A stretch of 11,209 bases of DNA, from positions 1 through 11,209 of the forward strand of contig NW_021827003.1 in the NCBI RefSeq assembly GCF_006345805.1. Reading direction: 5' to 3'. This document shows positions 7,487-11,209 of the stretch, in pieces. Position 1 is the first letter of the stretch, and each line of letters begins with the position of its first letter. The DNA is from Octopus sinensis. Its lineage: Eukaryota. Below the pieces are notes generated by a model. That model was not told where the DNA came from. It searched no databases and was given only the letters and a program-made list of their open reading frames with translations. Both the position numbers and the translations under genes were made by a program.

Positions 7487-7618
7487 TTACATTGTAGCTG
7501 ACAGCTGTTTCGGCCGTGAAGACAGGTATGTCCCATTTAACCTATTAGCCATATAAAGCAGGTATAAATGAGACATTAACAAGATTGTCTCACGGCCTCT
7601 TCAGAGAATTTAATGTAA
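7487..7618 (-). ncRNA. Type I hammerhead ribozyme with very long stem II
   Basis: Minus strand: CUGAAGA (7604-7598), GGCCGUGA/UCACGGCC, GAAA (7511-7508), palindrome ACAGCUGU, GUC (7502-7500). Stem I = 2 bp + internal loop + UUACAUU/AAUGUAA. Confidence 0.8.
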
Positions 7619-7857
7619 GTATGGAAAAAATATACATATAACTATAAAAATGTGTGCATAGACACTCATAATTCTACACATATATATATACACAATAATA
7701 CAATATATATACATTAACAAACACAATAATGTTCCATATTGAACTCATAGTTCCATAACCAACATCAAGGAAATACATGTACACTCACATTTAAATTTAA
7801 AGCCGGCAATATATATTTAACAGTCCAGTCTATTAAAATGTATAACCACACAAAAAG

Positions 7858-7858
<1 letters not shown>

Positions 7859-7949
<91 letters not shown>
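7859..7949. repeat. (TA)n microsatellite
   Basis: About 90-nt TA run with one phase shift. Confidence 0.97.
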
Positions 7950-7951
<2 letters not shown>

Positions 7952-8178
7952 CGTAGGAGTGACTGTGTGACAAGAAGTTTGCTGTCTGGTCACTAGGTCA
8001 AATAGATTTGGAAGATGGAAACTGAAAAAAGCCCGTCGTATATACGTGTTGTGGGCCGGAGGGGGCTAGCTTCGTGCTTGTCCCAGACAACCGCTTGTTG
8101 ACTTCCTTTCCATCCCCGCAACTTAGAAGTTCGACGAAATTAACCGATAGAATATGTCGATTGACTGAGACAAGTAAA
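7950..8178 (+). mobile_element. SINE family 1, internally deleted copy spanning head to tail
   Basis: GGCGTAGGAGTGACTGTGTG head, GGAAACTGAAAAAAGCCCGTCG middle, ACCGATAGAATA and GACTGAGACAAGTAAA tail. Links the head and tail fragments seen elsewhere into one family. Confidence 0.65.
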
Positions 8179-8232
8179 TGTTTTTTTTAGATATATCGTA
8201 GTAATATCTAATGTAGTTGTGGTTTACGACCA

Positions 8233-8337
8233 GTCAGGACGTTACCATTGGTTTCACACTTTTTATACTCTTAGCAATATAGACGTCTCCCACTGCTAAG
8301 AACGTAAAAGGCGCAAAAGTAATGGTGACTCCCTGAC
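8233..8337. other. Imperfect ~105-nt inverted repeat (hairpin)
   Basis: GTCAGG/CCTGAC, GTTACCATT/AATGGTGAC, TTTTA/TAAAA, TCTTAGCA/TGCTAAGA; 17-nt loop. Confidence 0.7.
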
Positions 8338-8343
8338 AGGCCA

Positions 8344-8387
8344 TACCAGCCACATAGTTTCGGGTTCATTCACACTGCGTGGCACCT
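8344..8387 (+). mobile_element. SINE family 1, B-box fragment
   Basis: TACCAGCCACATAGTTTCGGGTTCATTCACACTGCGTGGCACCT matches the reverse complement of about 838-882. Confidence 0.6.
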
Positions 8388-8420
8388 GAGAACCTAGGGT
8401 TGGATTCAAAATTCTACCAG

Positions 8421-8466
8421 AACACATGATGAAGGCTGGAGAGTAAATCAGCCGAAATTTTGTGGT
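8421..8466 (+). ncRNA. Decayed type I hammerhead motif (probably inactive)
   Basis: AACAC / AUGAUGA-A / GGCUG..CAGCC / GAAA / UUUU / GUGGU. C3 and helix III are mutated. Confidence 0.5.
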
Positions 8467-9170
8467 AGCAACAAACAAGATGAGGACAAATATCCGTCCA
8501 ATGTAAAAAATGTAAATATTGTACAGAATTCCTCATCTCTAAAATATAGAACAATTTATGATTGTTTCAAAAATTCCATGTTGACTTAATCTTGCATCGT
8601 GTTTTTAAACGACTCCACAATTAATGATGTAGTCATATCCGTTGTACAGATATCCCGTTCATAGAAATGATCCCTCGCAACTCTCTACAAAAAATAATAT
8701 GCTGAAGTGTTGTCTACCGCTTAAATATAGGACATTAATCAATGTTGTTTATAGGGACGGCACAGCGGTCACGTTTATAAACATGATTGAAGATAAGTCA
8801 AAATGAATTTGTAGAAATAATTGTAAACTATGAAACAAAAATAATAACGCAAACTCCACTTTTCAGTGCTTATTATTTTATACTCAACAATAGTTTGTGG
8901 GTTACCAGCTTATTGGGGGTCTTTTCCCCATTTAGTCATTGTCCGTAGAAGCACTTCTTCCCTAGGCAAGCGCCTGGATTATTTTATCCCAAGTCTCCTG
9001 TAATATACCTCCCTGCGCGCGCGACCGAGTGTGGGTGTGTTCAACTGACACAGTCGTTAACTTGGGTTATTTATTTCGCCTCTTTGCTTTGTGAGTTCAA
9101 ATCACGCCTAAGTTAACTTCATCTTCATATTCTCAAAATAACAATACAGAGAAGATTCGTGGAATCTAGT

Positions 9171-9222
9171 AGTATTTAGCAGTATCTATCTCGGATCCCT
9201 ATATTCTGAGTTCAAATCCCAC
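9171..9222 (+). mobile_element. SINE family 2, decayed head fragment (similar remnant at about 9071-9130)
   Basis: TTAGCAGTAT...TTCTGAGTTCAAATCCC matches the B-box region of 1245-1474. Confidence 0.4.
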
Positions 9223-9278
9223 CTACTATCAGCGGAAAAATAAAAGGGTCCTTCTTAGAAGAAAATCCGTTGGTAAAG

Positions 9279-9533
9279 GTTGGAAGCACTCCGTCGGTTA
9301 CGACGATGAGGGTTCCGGTTGATCCGATCAACGGAACAGCCTGCTCGTGAAATTAACGAGTAAGTGGCTGAGCACTCCACAGACACGTGTACCCTTAACG
9401 TAGTTCTCGGGGATATTCAGCGTGACACAGAGAGTGACAAGGCCGGCCCTTTGAAATACAGGTACAACTGAAACAGGAAGTAAGAGTGAGAGAAAGTTGT
9501 GGTGAAAGAGTACAGCAGGGATCACCACCATCC
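9279..9533 (-). mobile_element. Body of a third octopus-type SINE-like repeat, head missing
   Basis: GC-richer block recognised from memory of octopus repeats. No second copy and no pol III boxes in the window. Confidence 0.5.
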
Positions 9534-10020
9534 ACGTTAAACTTAGAAATTACAATTCCGTTTTCATTTTGGTTTACAATTATGTTTTCTTTTGACACAT
9601 TCTACCAGTATACGAAGTTTCAAATTGTTTAGTTAACTAGGAAAATCTGGCCTTCAAACTGAAAAGATCCCACTTCACCTTATTCGAGATTTTTCCTTGA
9701 CATTAAACTATTCCATTTCCGTTCGTTTCCGTTTATTATCCGATATTGTCCGATTTCAAATTTTCTCACACCGAAATAAACTAAAACATCATTTGAACTG
9801 AGTACGCCCTCCTTTTACGCCGTTGACGCCGAAATCCCATGAAGATTTCCGAAACGGTTTCTCTCTTGTATTTTTGGGTTCCTGCCTTAAGAACTATGAA
9901 CTTATTATCAGACGATCTCTTTGTTTTTTTTCCGGAAATTTCAATCGGCAAAATATATACTGACCCAATAAATTTGACAAGTAGATTCTTAGAAAGAAAT
10001 AAACTATTCACTTTTTTTTT

Positions 10021-10287
10021 CCTCCTCATCCTCCTCCTCCTTCTTCTTCTTCTTCTTTTTTTTATTTCTTCTTCTTCTTCTTCTTCTTCTTCTTCTTCTT
10101 TCATTTCTTCTTCTTCTTCTTCTTCTTCTTCTTCTTCTTCATTCTTCTTCTTCTTCTTCATTCTTCTTCTTCTTCTTCTCCTTCTTCTTCTTCTTCTTCT
10201 TCTTTCATTTCTTCTTCTTCTTTCTTCTTCTTCTTCTCCTTCTTCTTCTTCTTCTTCTTCTTCTTCGTCGTCCTCCTCCTCCTCTTC
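10021..10287. repeat. (CTT)n/(CCT)n trinucleotide microsatellite
   Basis: Source of the poly-E/R and poly-S/L ORFs. Confidence 0.97.
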
Positions 10288-10427
10288 TATAACAACATTT
10301 ACGCATGGACGCAGACGACACACGCAGACGACACACACACACATACATACACAGCCATCACTGACGCAACCACCGCATCTGCACTTACAACCACGTACAC
10401 AACGCCTGACCCAGGACAAATAGAGAA

Positions 10428-10529
10428 AAACAACAACAACAACAAAAACAATAACAACAACAACAACCACACACTAAAAAAAATAAAACAATAATAACGG
10501 CGATAACAACAAAAGCGAAAACAACAACA
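10428..10529. repeat. degenerate (CAA)n tract
   Basis: Simple repeat. Confidence 0.8.
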
Positions 10530-10585
10530 TAGGACAACATTTCGTCAGCCTTCAGGGCCAGGGTTCAAATTTCGCCAAAGTCGTA

Positions 10586-10803
10586 TTTTATTCTTTTATC
10601 TGTTTCAGTCATTTGGCTGCGGCCATGCTGGAGCAACGCCTTGAAGGGGTTTTTAATCGAAGAAATCGACCCCCAGGACTTATTCTTTGTAAGCCTAGTA
10701 CTTATGATATCGGTCTCTTTTGCCGAACCGCTAAGTCGCGGGGACATAAACACACCAACATCGCTTGTCAAGCGATGGTGGCGGGGGGTGATAAACATAG
10801 ACT

Positions 10804-10863
<60 letters not shown>

Positions 10864-10872
10864 CATATATAT
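10586..10872 (-). mobile_element. SINE family 1, 3' half with its (CA)n(TA)n tract (10808-10872)
   Basis: Matches 2027-2159 (reverse complement) and 6954-7058. Confidence 0.8.
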
Positions 10873-10880
10873 GAAAAATA

Positions 10881-11056
10881 TTATTTTCTACTCTAGGCAC
10901 AAGGCACGAAATTTGGGGGGATCGACTCAGTACGTAACTGGTACTTAATTTATCGACCCCGAAAGGATGAGAGGCAAAGTAGACCTCGGCGGAATTTGAA
11001 CTCAGAACGTAAAGACAGACAAAATACCTCTAAGCATTTCTGCCAGCTCACCGCCT
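10881..11056 (-). mobile_element. SINE family 2 copy with small internal deletions
   Basis: Aligns to 1245-1474. The segment between GCATTTC and TGCCAGC is lost at a TTC microhomology. Confidence 0.85.
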
Positions 11057-11209
11057 AGTATATATTAAAAAAATATTGTTTTTTTTTCTTTCGAAAAAGT
11101 TGGGGTTTTTTTTACACAATTGCTTGGAAATGCTCAGATCGAACCTGAGACGCTAGACATTATACAACTTGGTTTTAAAAAAAAGACAAAATTTAGATAA
11201 TCATTCTGT

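Noticed and set aside
8900-9030. Possible short exon in the GC-richer unique stretch
   Set aside because: Frames are short, with no recognisable peptide or convincing splice-site pair.
9781-10470. 229-aa and 194-aa ORFs
   Set aside because: Mostly (CTT)n, (CA)n and (CAA)n translations; the unique parts show no recognisable domain.
10530-10580. Minus-strand CUGACGA and CUGAAGG
   Set aside because: No stem II/GAAA arrangement; better explained as a decayed SINE family 2 head.

Overview
AT-rich, microsatellite-dense eukaryotic non-coding DNA, most likely octopus/coleoid cephalopod (judged from recalled SINE families, not a database search). No protein-coding gene is supported: the long ORFs are mostly microsatellite read-throughs. 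The window holds many copies of three SINE-like families, four pieces of non-autonomous Helitrons (5'-TC, 3' hairpin + CTAG, A|T targets) and long (TA)n, (TG)n, (GTG)n and (CTT)n tracts. The main signal, invisible to the ORF track, is a set of type I hammerhead ribozyme (HHR) motifs in unrelated sequence contexts: 3146-3187 (+), 5457-5552 (-), 6085-6133 (-), 7487-7618 (-), and a decayed one at 8421-8466 (+). The four best have palindromic or near-palindromic helix III, the dimer-cleaving type. Two lie in more-than-unit-length, terminally redundant inserts (monomers of 362 and 489 nt) embedded in (TA)n, and the 362-nt unit is predicted to be highly base-paired. These are candidate retrozyme-like or Penelope-dependent circular-RNA retroelements. 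All folds were read by eye; ribozyme activity is untested.
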